Source: an uncultured Candidatus Saccharibacteria bacterium | Lineage (GTDB): Bacteria > Patescibacteriota > Minisyncoccia > Phycocordibacterales > CSBR16-119 | Direction: 5' to 3' | Assembly (NCBI GenBank): GCA_964581035.1 | Contig: CAZOLO010000005.1 | Span: 1-58,651, forward strand | Length of the DNA: 58,651 nt | Shown here: one piece after another, positions 36,067 through 45,349 of the stretch | How positions within the stretch are numbered: position 1 is the first letter of the stretch | Layout: each line of letters begins with the position of its first letter | Position numbers and translations under genes: made by a program | Notes under the pieces: model-generated | Seen by the model: the letters and a program-made list of their open reading frames with translations, nothing else | What the model was told of the DNA's origin: nothing | Database searches by the model: none

Positions 36067-38130
36067 ATGAGTATTATAGACAAAATATTAAATAAAGATC
36101 AGAGCAAGCAGGAAGGTGTAAGAGCTATGCCGGTTCTTCCTGAGGAGATTTATAGAACAGCTAATCTTGAGCTTCAAGATATTATTGCGCCAGCAGCCCT
36201 AAAGGTTGAGCCAAAACTTCTTCACCTTGGTAGCAAGGTTGCCAGAACATACTTTGTTGTTTCATACCCAAGATACCTAACAGACAACTGGTTCACCCCA
36301 ATAATCAACCTCGACAAAATATTTGATGTATCAATACATATCCACCCAGTGGACACATCAACTATTCTAAAGAAATTTGAAAAAAAGGTAGCTGAAGTTC
36401 AAAGTCAAATAGAATCAAGGTCACAAAAAGGTGTTGTAAGAGACCCAATCTTAGACACTGCTTATAGAGACCTAGAGGATCTACGGGACAGCCTACAACA
36501 AGCTCAAGAAAAAATGTTTGAGGTTGGTTTGTATGTGACGATATATGCTGATGATGAAAAAGAGTTGACGGAGATTGAAACAAAAATGAAGTCTATTCTG
36601 GAGTCAAAACTTGTTTATCTTAAACCTGCGCTCTTTCAACAAAAAGAAGGTTTTTTAAGCTCTATTCCAGTAGGGGATGACCAACTAGGGGTAACACAAA
36701 AAATGAACTCAGAACCTCTGTCTAGTCTTTTTCCTTTCGTATCATTTGACCTTACAAAAGAAAGTGGGATTCTTTACGGAATAAACCGACAGAACTCTAG
36801 TTTGGTTATCTTTGATAGATTCTCTATGCCAAACTATAACTCTATTACTTTTGCCACCTCTGGAGCAGGAAAGTCATTCGCTACAAAACTTGAAGTTCTA
36901 AGATCAATGATGTTTGATACAAACGTGATTGTAATTGACCCAGAAAGGGAGTACGAAGCCTTGGCTGAAGCTGTGGGCGGAAGATTTTTCAACATTTCAC
37001 TTTCTTCAGAGCACCACATCAACCCTTTTGACCTTCCAAAGCCTACAGAAGATGAGACACTCACTGATGTGCTTAGAAACACAACAATTAGCCTTGTTGG
37101 ATTGTTTCGAATCATGCTTGGTGGCCTGACACCAGAAGAGGACGCTCTTGTTGATGGTGCTATAACCCAAACATATGCACTAAAGGACATAACCTCTGAA
37201 ACAGACTTTTCTGAGAAAGAGCCACCACTTCTGTCTGATTTTGAACTTGTGCTTCAGGGTATGGATGGTACAGAATCAATCCTACAGAGACTATCTAAGT
37301 TCACAACAGGATCTTGGTCTACATTTATGAACAGACCAACAAACGTAGATATTGATAAGAAATTTATCGTTTTCTCTGTGCGTGATATGGAGGACGACCT
37401 AAAGCCGGTAGCTATGTACTTGGTTACACAGTTTATCTGGGCTGCCATTCGAAAGAAGATTCAAAAAAGAATCTTGGTTGTTGATGAGGCTTGGTGGATG
37501 ATGAAATCAGAAGACACTGCCAGCTTCCTTTATGCTATTGCCAAAAGAGGGCGTAAGTACTACCTAGGTCTATCAACCATCACCCAAGATGTTGGAGACT
37601 TCATGCGTTCAAAATATGGAGTACCTATTGTAACAAACTCATCAATCCAACTTCTTCTAAAGCAATCACCTAGTACCATTGATGTTCTTCAGAAAACATT
37701 TAACCTTACAGACGAGGAGAAATATCTTCTTCTGGAAGCAACCGTGGGGGAAGGTATCTTCTTTGCAGGGCTTAAGCACGTTGCCATTAAGATCATTGCA
37801 TCATATACAGAAGAGCAGATTATTACCTCAGACCCGGCTCAAATTCTAGAGATCCAAAGAGCGAAGACCGAGAAAAGAGATGAGGATAATCAAACAAAAA
37901 GACAAAACCAAGAGAAGCTAGAATCTGTTGTAACAGAACAATTAAAATTCCAACAAGAAAAAGAAGCTGAAGAGATAGAAAAAGCAAAAAAAGAAGTCTT
38001 GGAAGTTAAAGAAATTGAAAAAGCAGAGCTTGCTGCTGCCCCAATAATAAAAGATGATTCATTTGGTGGGCTAACTGATGATTTAGATAATGAAATATCA
38101 ACACTTGAAGACGAATTGGGTGCATTTTAG
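36067..38130 (+). CDS. virB4: VirB4-family secretion/conjugation ATPase
   Basis: Walker A ATSGAGKS, VIDPEREY, INPFD, Walker B LVVDEAW, KRGRKY, TQD. Confidence 0.88.
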   Translation: MSIIDKILNKDQSKQEGVRAMPVLPEEIYRTANLELQDIIAPAALKVEPKLLHLGSKVARTYFVVSYPRYLTDNWFTPIINLDKIFDVSIHIHPVDTSTILKKFEKKVAEVQSQIESRSQKGVVRDPILDTAYRDLEDLRDSLQQAQEKMFEVGLYVTIYADDEKELTEIETKMKSILESKLVYLKPALFQQKEGFLSSIPVGDDQLGVTQKMNSEPLSSLFPFVSFDLTKESGILYGINRQNSSLVIFDRFSMPNYNSITFATSGAGKSFATKLEVLRSMMFDTNVIVIDPEREYEALAEAVGGRFFNISLSSEHHINPFDLPKPTEDETLTDVLRNTTISLVGLFRIMLGGLTPEEDALVDGAITQTYALKDITSETDFSEKEPPLLSDFELVLQGMDGTESILQRLSKFTTGSWSTFMNRPTNVDIDKKFIVFSVRDMEDDLKPVAMYLVTQFIWAAIRKKIQKRILVVDEAWWMMKSEDTASFLYAIAKRGRKYYLGLSTITQDVGDFMRSKYGVPIVTNSSIQLLLKQSPSTIDVLQKTFNLTDEEKYLLLEATVGEGIFFAGLKHVAIKIIASYTEEQIITSDPAQILEIQRAKTEKRDEDNQTKRQNQEKLESVVTEQLKFQQEKEAEEIEKAKKEVLEVKEIEKAELAAAPIIKDDSFGGLTDDLDNEISTLEDELGAF

Positions 38131-38167
38131 TGTTTTATGTAACACAAATCCATAGTATGATATACAC

Positions 38168-38551
38168 ATGGATCCAGACGAACAAAAAACATCTGAAGAA
38201 CTACAAGATTTAGAAAAAGCTTTCCAAGAGGAAGCCCTATCATCACCATCTATAGAAACACCATCTCCGAGCGCTCCAGTGGTTTCTCAGAGTGGTTTTG
38301 ATAATACTAAAAAATCACTAACTGAAACTGACACAAAAATAGCAGAAAAAGTTACACTTTTAAAAAACCAGGCAAAGCAAGAGCTTGAAACACTCAAGAG
38401 TTTAAAAGCTGGTATTGGAAAAAAAATATCTGACATAAAAGAATTAGAAGAAACAAGAGAAAAGATAAAGAAAGAATTAGACAAAATATCTAGCCTAGAG
38501 TCGGAGGTTGATTCAATAACAAATGAAGCAAAAGATGAGCTTGCTGGATAA
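38168..38551 (+). CDS. Coiled-coil hypothetical protein
   Basis: Heptad-like K/E/L pattern; ATG 6 nt after TATGAT. Confidence 0.7.
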   Translation: MDPDEQKTSEELQDLEKAFQEEALSSPSIETPSPSAPVVSQSGFDNTKKSLTETDTKIAEKVTLLKNQAKQELETLKSLKAGIGKKISDIKELEETREKIKKELDKISSLESEVDSITNEAKDELAG

Positions 38552-39548
38552 AAACGAACTAGGAATTTTTATTATCCCAATGGTTATTCTTTTTGGGTTT
38601 TTTGTTATATATACAACATCTTTTGCCCAGCAGTCACAAACAGAAAGTTTTTCTTTTACAGTAGCCCCACAAAACCCTGAACCGTTTAGCCAGGTTAGCG
38701 TTTCTATATCCAGCTTCTCTGTTGACCTAGATAGGGCGCTTATAAAATGGAACATCAATGGAGAGCTAACACTATCAGGGATAGGGGAGAAGAGTACTCA
38801 AGTAAGAGTTGGTGACTCTGGTGATGTAACAATAATAAAAGTTGAGGCTCTTTTTGCCAATGGAAATAAGCTAAACAAAAACCTTGTATTACAACCAGCA
38901 AGCATGGATATACTTTGGGAGGCTACAGACTCTTACACACCACCGTTTTACAAAGGAAAAGCACTTCCTTCACCCGAGGCAAAAATAAAAGTTATAGCAA
39001 ACCCAGAGCTAAAAAGTCTGGGTGGAAATAGATATGATACAAAATCTCTTATCTATACATGGAAAAAAGGGGGAGATACGCAACAGAGTGTTTCTGGTTT
39101 TGGGAAACAGTCCTTCTCTTTTCAACACAACTTTTTTGATAAAGAGCAAGACATAAGAGTTACAGTAGAAAGCCCAAATGGAATAAGTACAGCTGAAAAA
39201 TCAATTGTAATACCTTTTAGTAGACCACTTGTTGGTGTATACAAAGAAGATATACAAAAAGGTATAAATTTCTCAAAAGAGATATCAAAATCTTCTGATT
39301 ATTTTTCTGGAAAAGTTAGTCTGGTAGCTGTACCTTATTTCTTCTCTGTAAAAACAGCAAACGACAAAGACCTTTCTTATGTTTGGAAAATAAACGGGAA
39401 ATCTTCACAACAACAGGAAATAAAAAATAAATTAACTGTTTCTAAGGGTGGTGAGGATGCCGGGTCTGCTGGAATTGAAGTGAAAATAGAAAGTGTTTTA
39501 AAATTGTTTCAAGAAGGATTTAATTCATTTAATTTAAATTTACAGTAG
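38523..39548 (+). CDS. Exported protein with about three Ig/PKD-like domains
   Basis: Signal ending SFA-QQ; repeated (I/Y)xWxxNG beta-strand motifs; start uncertain. Confidence 0.7.
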   Translation: MKQKMSLLDKNELGIFIIPMVILFGFFVIYTTSFAQQSQTESFSFTVAPQNPEPFSQVSVSISSFSVDLDRALIKWNINGELTLSGIGEKSTQVRVGDSGDVTIIKVEALFANGNKLNKNLVLQPASMDILWEATDSYTPPFYKGKALPSPEAKIKVIANPELKSLGGNRYDTKSLIYTWKKGGDTQQSVSGFGKQSFSFQHNFFDKEQDIRVTVESPNGISTAEKSIVIPFSRPLVGVYKEDIQKGINFSKEISKSSDYFSGKVSLVAVPYFFSVKTANDKDLSYVWKINGKSSQQQEIKNKLTVSKGGEDAGSAGIEVKIESVLKLFQEGFNSFNLNLQ

Positions 39549-39549
39549 T

Positions 39550-41565
39550 ATGAAAAAATTTATTACATCAATCCTTTTAATATTTACTGTATTTTTAATA
39601 ATAAAAACCCCTGTTTTTGCACAAACTCCATCTCTGTCTATAATAGGGCCAAACTTTAATCCAGAGGTAACATCTTTTTCTTTTGGATTTAGTGTAACTG
39701 GTCTGCCTGAGAACAACCCTCAACTATACGGAATCACTGTTAAAAAATTAACGGCTTCAGGTGCACAAGGCCCAACCGTTTATGGTCCGGTATATAATTC
39801 ACCACCAGTTACAAATGGCTCTTACACCAGCTCATCTAACTTAGTAACGGTGCCAGTTGCCCCAGGAACACCTGGATATTGGATAAGTATTAGATGGTAC
39901 CAAGATAATGATTATAACGGACCTGTTTCTCCTTGGTTTGCTTCAAACTATGAAACTCCTGAGCCAACTGTTACAAATCCACCTCCAACCCAAACAGGTC
40001 TGGTAGATATATCAGATGGTCAAATAGATATGTCAGCAGAAGAGATTGGTCTAACTCTTGTAGGTACAAACCTCCCAATAAGCAATAGTGGTAACTATAC
40101 TGTAAAAATATATGCAGGACCTAATACCTCTAGCCCTCTAGAAGCTACCTTAACAGGATCTGCTCAAACAAACGGGAGTGGTTCTTGGGGGCCACAAACA
40201 ATAACAAACCCTGTAAATACATCTATAGCCCAACACCATGTAACACTAGATTGGTTTGCTGCTGGACAAACAACATCATCAGCGCAGGATGAACTTCTTG
40301 TAACGGGTGTTAGCCAGAATGCTACAGGGAATATTGATGTGCTTGGGCCAGGGAATAACCCACCAGGAATTCACTTTACCTTCACTGGAGAAAATTTTAC
40401 TCCTGGATCTAATACACTTTTAGTAGAATACTATACGACAGACAACAGTCTTGCTGGAGCCCCTTCACACACAAATAATATGGTTGTTGGTGTTGAGCCA
40501 AATGGAGAAATTTTTGAGTCTTTTTCTTGGGATCCTACAGACTCTGGAACTTATGTTGTTAAAATATACAGTGGAAGTGATCCAACACCAGAAAATCTTA
40601 TAGACGAAGCTGGTTTTCATTTTGATGGAGAAGATGATGAGACAGTTAACATAACAACAACACCACAAGACTTATCAGGATGTGATCTGCCTGGAGTATA
40701 CTGTCTATTAGAACCATTGGGTAATGGAGGAGGAATTTTAGATAGAGTTAATGTTGGTTCTGGTTTTGGTGAATATTTAGATACTATATTCCAAATAGGT
40801 GTAGCCATGGCGGGAATCTTTGGAATTCTTATGATTGTTGTTGGTGGATTTACTTATATGACAACAGACTCTTACTCAAAGAAAAATGATGGTAAGGATC
40901 AAATCAAAAATGCTCTTATGGGTGTTGTTCTAGCCTTAGTTTCTTGGCTACTTCTTTACACACTTAACCCAAATCTTACCAGTTTTGACATTGGTATAAA
41001 CACAGTAGGCACAGGATCTTCTTCGTCTCATCCTTGGAATAATGGAGCGGCTGCCGCAGGAACCAACATTTGTCCAAACCAACAAGTTTTAGTTGGAGGT
41101 ACACCCACTGAAATTACAATGGGTGGAGTGTGGCCAAGTGATACTGCACAAAGAGGTCAACTTACAGGAGTAACTGTTAATAATGGATCCTGTGGTACAG
41201 CAGGGGCAAACAGTTGTACATCACTTCTTTTTCAAGGGAGCTCTACAGATATCCCAGGAAAAATAAATGCGTTTAAGGTTGCTTGTGATAGTTGGAGTGG
41301 TTCTGGATTTTCTTCTGGAAACTCATGTAGAGTTGTTGTAACAGGAGGTAGTGAATGTTGGCCACACTCATTAGGCACAAACCACAAACCAAGCGGTAGA
41401 GCTATTGATTTTAGAAACACACCAGCTGATTCATCTGAAACCCAAGGTATAAATAAACTAAACGCGTTTATTGAATCGGGTGCGGCTTCTTCTTTTGGAT
41501 CTTTTACAGAAGAGGGAGCAGGTGGTGGATCCAGCGCCCCTCATTGGCATGCAGTTTTAAACTAA
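39550..41565 (+). CDS. Ig-like domains + VirB2/TrbC-like pilin + M15-like Zn-peptidase fusion
   Basis: Signal PVFA-Q; LMIVVGGFTYMT..GKDQIKNALMGVVLALVSWLLLYTLNPNL pilin-like hairpin; NHKPSGRAID...PHWH. Confidence 0.65.
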   Translation: MKKFITSILLIFTVFLIIKTPVFAQTPSLSIIGPNFNPEVTSFSFGFSVTGLPENNPQLYGITVKKLTASGAQGPTVYGPVYNSPPVTNGSYTSSSNLVTVPVAPGTPGYWISIRWYQDNDYNGPVSPWFASNYETPEPTVTNPPPTQTGLVDISDGQIDMSAEEIGLTLVGTNLPISNSGNYTVKIYAGPNTSSPLEATLTGSAQTNGSGSWGPQTITNPVNTSIAQHHVTLDWFAAGQTTSSAQDELLVTGVSQNATGNIDVLGPGNNPPGIHFTFTGENFTPGSNTLLVEYYTTDNSLAGAPSHTNNMVVGVEPNGEIFESFSWDPTDSGTYVVKIYSGSDPTPENLIDEAGFHFDGEDDETVNITTTPQDLSGCDLPGVYCLLEPLGNGGGILDRVNVGSGFGEYLDTIFQIGVAMAGIFGILMIVVGGFTYMTTDSYSKKNDGKDQIKNALMGVVLALVSWLLLYTLNPNLTSFDIGINTVGTGSSSSHPWNNGAAAAGTNICPNQQVLVGGTPTEITMGGVWPSDTAQRGQLTGVTVNNGSCGTAGANSCTSLLFQGSSTDIPGKINAFKVACDSWSGSGFSSGNSCRVVVTGGSECWPHSLGTNHKPSGRAIDFRNTPADSSETQGINKLNAFIESGAASSFGSFTEEGAGGGSSAPHWHAVLN

Positions 41566-41581
41566 GTGTTATAATAAAACA

Positions 41582-43087
41582 ATGATAAAAAAGTTTTTAA
41601 AAATATTTTTAATTCTACTTCTAGCAATTGCGGTTTTCGGAGCATATCTTTTCTTCACACAAAAAGGGGATAGTGGCCAAAACCCAGAAGACAAGAATCT
41701 CTTTTCTTTTTTTCCTTTTGGTCAACTTTCTGAAGAAGAGTTTGTTCCAAACAATGAAGGTTTGGGTGATGGGGAAAATAATACACCAGACGAGGGTGAT
41801 CAGCTGGTTTTAGAGCCAAGACTAAGAAGGCTATCTAATACTGATGTGGCAGGGGCTACTTTTCTATATAAGGAAAGGCCAAAACCTAATGAAGATAGAA
41901 TATCTTTTACTTTTGTTGACTTCTCTGAGTTTCCACTTATGAGACTAGGTTTTGAAGGGGAAAAGGTTGCTAGACTTGAAAACACACTAACTCTACTGGC
42001 GACAAACGTGGAAGGGGTTTCGGAGAAAATGATATTTGATGAAGAAACTGAGAATCTTCTAAAAGACTTCCAGTCATCAAATGGATTAAGAGCTGACGGT
42101 AGGGCGGGGGCTTCTGTTTGGTCAGCTATAAATAAAGCACAAGAAGATTTAGCTGAAGAGAAAATGGATAGTGTCTTATCTGTAAGATATATTCAAAAAG
42201 AAGACGGGTCTATTATAGATATGTTTCTAGACTCCCTAAAAACAAGCATTTCATCAGACACTGTGATACCCAGAATTCAAGAAGCTTTCTTTAACAGTGA
42301 TGCTAGCCAACTAATAATTAGGTACTTGAAAAGCGATAATGAGACAATAGAAACCGTAGGTGGAACAATAGAGGATGGTTCACTTTCTGGTAAACTATTC
42401 CCTCAAAACATACCTTTTGTTTCTGTGTCACCAGAGAAAGACCAAGTTTTCTATCTAGAGCAAGAGGGTGATTTTACAAACGGGATAATAAGTACTTTCA
42501 GTAACCTAGAAAGAAAACCTATCTTTGAGCATGCATTTTCAGAATGGATACCTAATTGGGGTACAGACTCTGTTATATCACTAACTACAAAAGCTTCTTT
42601 TGGAACACCTGGGGGAGTATACAGTTTAGGTGTAACCCAAAGTAATTTTATAAAAGAGTTTGGTGGTAAAAATGGTCTTACAACACTGATGTCTCCAAAC
42701 GGAGCAAAGATCTTGTACTCGGAAAACTTAAATGGAAACATAAAATTATCTGTGTTTAATATGCAAGATAACTCACATACAGACTTGGGAATAAGAACAT
42801 TACCTGAAAAATGTACTTGGGATACAGACTCTATTACAGTATGGTGTGCTGTGCCAAAAAATATAAACAGTTCCAGATTACCTGATTCATGGTACCAAGG
42901 AACAGAATCATTTGTTGACTCACTTTGGCTTCTAAACACAGATGAGAACGCCCACCAGCTAATAATAGACCCAACAACAGAAGGTTTATACTCACTAGAT
43001 ATAACAAATATCCAACTATCACCTAAGAAAGATTATCTTATCTTCATAGACAGGAAATCAAGTATTCTTTATGGATTAACTCTTTAA
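41582..43087 (+). CDS. Membrane-anchored protein with peptidoglycan-binding domain and TolB-like propeller
   Basis: G..VARLE..L..FDEETENLLKDFQSSNGLRADGRAG; SPEKD, SPNG and SPKKD blade motifs. Confidence 0.7.
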   Translation: MIKKFLKIFLILLLAIAVFGAYLFFTQKGDSGQNPEDKNLFSFFPFGQLSEEEFVPNNEGLGDGENNTPDEGDQLVLEPRLRRLSNTDVAGATFLYKERPKPNEDRISFTFVDFSEFPLMRLGFEGEKVARLENTLTLLATNVEGVSEKMIFDEETENLLKDFQSSNGLRADGRAGASVWSAINKAQEDLAEEKMDSVLSVRYIQKEDGSIIDMFLDSLKTSISSDTVIPRIQEAFFNSDASQLIIRYLKSDNETIETVGGTIEDGSLSGKLFPQNIPFVSVSPEKDQVFYLEQEGDFTNGIISTFSNLERKPIFEHAFSEWIPNWGTDSVISLTTKASFGTPGGVYSLGVTQSNFIKEFGGKNGLTTLMSPNGAKILYSENLNGNIKLSVFNMQDNSHTDLGIRTLPEKCTWDTDSITVWCAVPKNINSSRLPDSWYQGTESFVDSLWLLNTDENAHQLIIDPTTEGLYSLDITNIQLSPKKDYLIFIDRKSSILYGLTL

Positions 43088-43139
43088 TAAAAGATTAATA
43101 TAATATAAAAAACCCAAATATGTGGGTTTTTTATATTTC

Positions 43140-43622
43140 TTATTCAGAAGAGGGTTTTTGGTAGAAAATAACAACCTTTCTGTCTTTACCAAAACCAGCT
43201 GATTCTGTTTTAAGATCTTCTTGGCCAGACAAATGATCATGGATAATCCTTCTCTCGAAAGAGGTCATGGGTGGTGCTTCTACACTGCTTTTAAAGAATC
43301 TTGCTCTCTCTGCCAACATGTGAGCATGAGACTTTATAGAATCAACCCTCTTTTTCTGATACCCATTTATATCTAACATGAAATCTGTATAAGGTAGATC
43401 AGCATCTCTTAATCTTTTTTCCAGTATTCTTTTCAAGATAAAGTTTAGAGCTATCAGAGCTTCACCATCTTTACCTATTAAATGACTAGAGTCACTTGAG
43501 GTAATAGAGCACCAAATATTAGAATCACCTTCTTGGGTGCTTATTTTAATCTCTTCAACAGAAAAGGGGGTTGTTTTTAAGAGATCCTGTATTGTTTTTT
43601 CCAGTTCTTTCTCAAAACCCAT
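43140..43622 (-). CDS. jag: Jag/EloR-like KH + R3H RNA-binding protein (short form)
   Basis: LIGKDGEAL; PMTSFERRIIH; SAGFGKDRKV; position after yidC. Confidence 0.88.
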   Translation of the reverse strand: MGFEKELEKTIQDLLKTTPFSVEEIKISTQEGDSNIWCSITSSDSSHLIGKDGEALIALNFILKRILEKRLRDADLPYTDFMLDINGYQKKRVDSIKSHAHMLAERARFFKSSVEAPPMTSFERRIIHDHLSGQEDLKTESAGFGKDRKVVIFYQKPSSE

Positions 43623-43627
43623 ATATT

Positions 43628-44404
43628 TTAAAGATTATATTCTTTTAATCGTAAGTCAATGTCGTCTTCAATAGTCTTTAGGCGGCTCTTTATAACAAGC
43701 TCCTGACCAATTGTGAATACTGTGTTTGTGATCCAGTACAGCACAAGAGCAGCGGGGAACATAAAACCAAACACAACAACCATTCCAGGCATTATATATT
43801 TAACAAATACTCCCATCTGACTTTGCATCATATCCATTGGCCCCATATCTTTCTTATCTTTAACTTCTTCTTCTTTCTTCTTATCCTTTTTAAAAGCAGG
43901 GGATAGCCACACCTGGATGTATTGGAAAACACCCGCTAGAACAGCCAGAACAGCGCTTGGTGTATTTATATCTGCTATACCAAGGAAATGCATGTTTACT
44001 GTGGTTGGTAGAGTAAGGAAGTGATACAGAAGGTTCTCTTGTAAAACAAACCCTTCTCTAAGAAGAGAATACAGCGCCAATACAACTACGATTTGAACAA
44101 TAGTAGGTATACAACCAGAAAATGGATTTACTTTTAGTTTTTGGTAAATTTCAAGCTGTTTTTGAGACTGAAGCTGCTTATCATCTGGATGATCTTTCTT
44201 AATTTGATCAATAATTGGCTGAATTTTCTTGTTTTTAATTTGAGAAACAAGAGCTTTATATGAAAATGGTGATAAAACGAGTTTTACCAAAAGAGTAAGT
44301 AATATAACCGCTAAACCAAGATTGTTACCTGGTATAAATAAAATAAAAACTAAAAGTAGGTTAAATAATGGCTTGTGTAGAATGACATTAAATATTGTTT
44401 TCAT
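43628..44404 (-). CDS. yidC: Membrane protein insertase YidC (short form)
   Basis: GLAVILLTLLVK, NPFSGCIP, PAALVLYW. Confidence 0.93.
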   Translation of the reverse strand: MKTIFNVILHKPLFNLLLVFILFIPGNNLGLAVILLTLLVKLVLSPFSYKALVSQIKNKKIQPIIDQIKKDHPDDKQLQSQKQLEIYQKLKVNPFSGCIPTIVQIVVVLALYSLLREGFVLQENLLYHFLTLPTTVNMHFLGIADINTPSAVLAVLAGVFQYIQVWLSPAFKKDKKKEEEVKDKKDMGPMDMMQSQMGVFVKYIMPGMVVVFGFMFPAALVLYWITNTVFTIGQELVIKSRLKTIEDDIDLRLKEYNL

Positions 44405-44448
44405 GAAAACAAGTGTAGCAAAATAAGAGTTCAAATACCAGTCAACTA

Positions 44449-44673
44449 TTATATAAGAGGTTCATGCTTATACTCTTTACACCCTCCGCATTTTGAAATC
44501 CTCCTTATGCCTAAAAAAGACCCTTTTAATAGACCATATTTAGTGATTGCCTCTTTTGTATACTCTGAGCAACTTGGAATAAAACAACATTCTGATGCGA
44601 TACCAAGAGAAAGAAGTATTTCTCTTATAAAATTCTGATAAAACAGAACAAGTTTTATACCAATATTCCTCAT
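44449..44673 (-). CDS. yidD: Membrane protein insertion efficiency factor
   Basis: CCFIPSCSEY..AITKYG..RISKC. Confidence 0.9.
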   Translation of the reverse strand: MRNIGIKLVLFYQNFIREILLSLGIASECCFIPSCSEYTKEAITKYGLLKGSFLGIRRISKCGGCKEYKHEPLI

Positions 44674-44984
44674 TATTTAATTTTTAACAATAAATCTTTT
44701 AAATCATCAAAAAGACCAGTTTCTTTGTTTTTCTGAAGAAATATAACCATATCAAAACCTTTAAGTCTTTCTGCAAGAGGGGACACTGTCTCATATATTT
44801 TCCTACGAAGGGAATTTCTCTTTACAGCCAATTTTGATATTTTTTTAGATACAACTGGGGCAACCCTCATATCTTCTGAGGTTTTTAGGTACCTAACACG
44901 AAAAGAGGGTGAGGATACTATCCCACCTCTTTTTAAGATACCTGCTATTTCTTCTTTTTTAAGCCTTTGTTTTTTAGGAAGCAT
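44673..44984 (-). CDS. rnpA: Ribonuclease P protein component
   Basis: MLPKKQRL..VVSKKISKLAVKRNSLRR; synteny. Confidence 0.9.
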   Translation of the reverse strand: MLPKKQRLKKEEIAGILKRGGIVSSPSFRVRYLKTSEDMRVAPVVSKKISKLAVKRNSLRRKIYETVSPLAERLKGFDMVIFLQKNKETGLFDDLKDLLLKIK

Positions 44985-45000
44985 TGGCTTTATTATAAAC

Positions 45001-45144
45001 CTATCTACCAGAAGTAGAAAGAGACACACGACCTTTTCTTCGTCGCGCTAGTAGGATGTTTCTACCAGACCCTGTTTTTGACCTAGATAGAAATCCGTGT
45101 GTTTTTGCTCGTTTTTTAGTTTTTGGTTTATATGTAAATGACAT
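45001..45144 (-). CDS. rpmH: 50S ribosomal protein L34 (absent from ORF track)
   Basis: Hand translation MSFTYKPKTKKRAKTHGFLSRSKTGSGRNILLARRRKGRVSLSTSGR*. Confidence 0.97.
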   Translation of the reverse strand: MSFTYKPKTKKRAKTHGFLSRSKTGSGRNILLARRRKGRVSLSTSGR

Positions 45145-45282
45145 GGAGATGAGTATACATTAGGTATAAAACTAAATCAAGTCTTTTTATTTGTTATAAA
45201 GCCTCATGATTTTTACACCTACATGGATCAATCTTTTTGTCTATACTATATTTGTTAGGTTTTTTTATTGGCTAATGTATAA

Positions 45283-45291
45283 TTATCCACA
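45283..45291 (+). promoter_or_regulatory. Perfect DnaA box upstream of dnaA
   Basis: TTATCCACA. Confidence 0.75.
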
Positions 45292-45349
45292 GGTTTTTAA
45301 CAGAAAGCCGATTTCCCGCAAAGATAATAAAAGCGGTTATAATGTTTTT

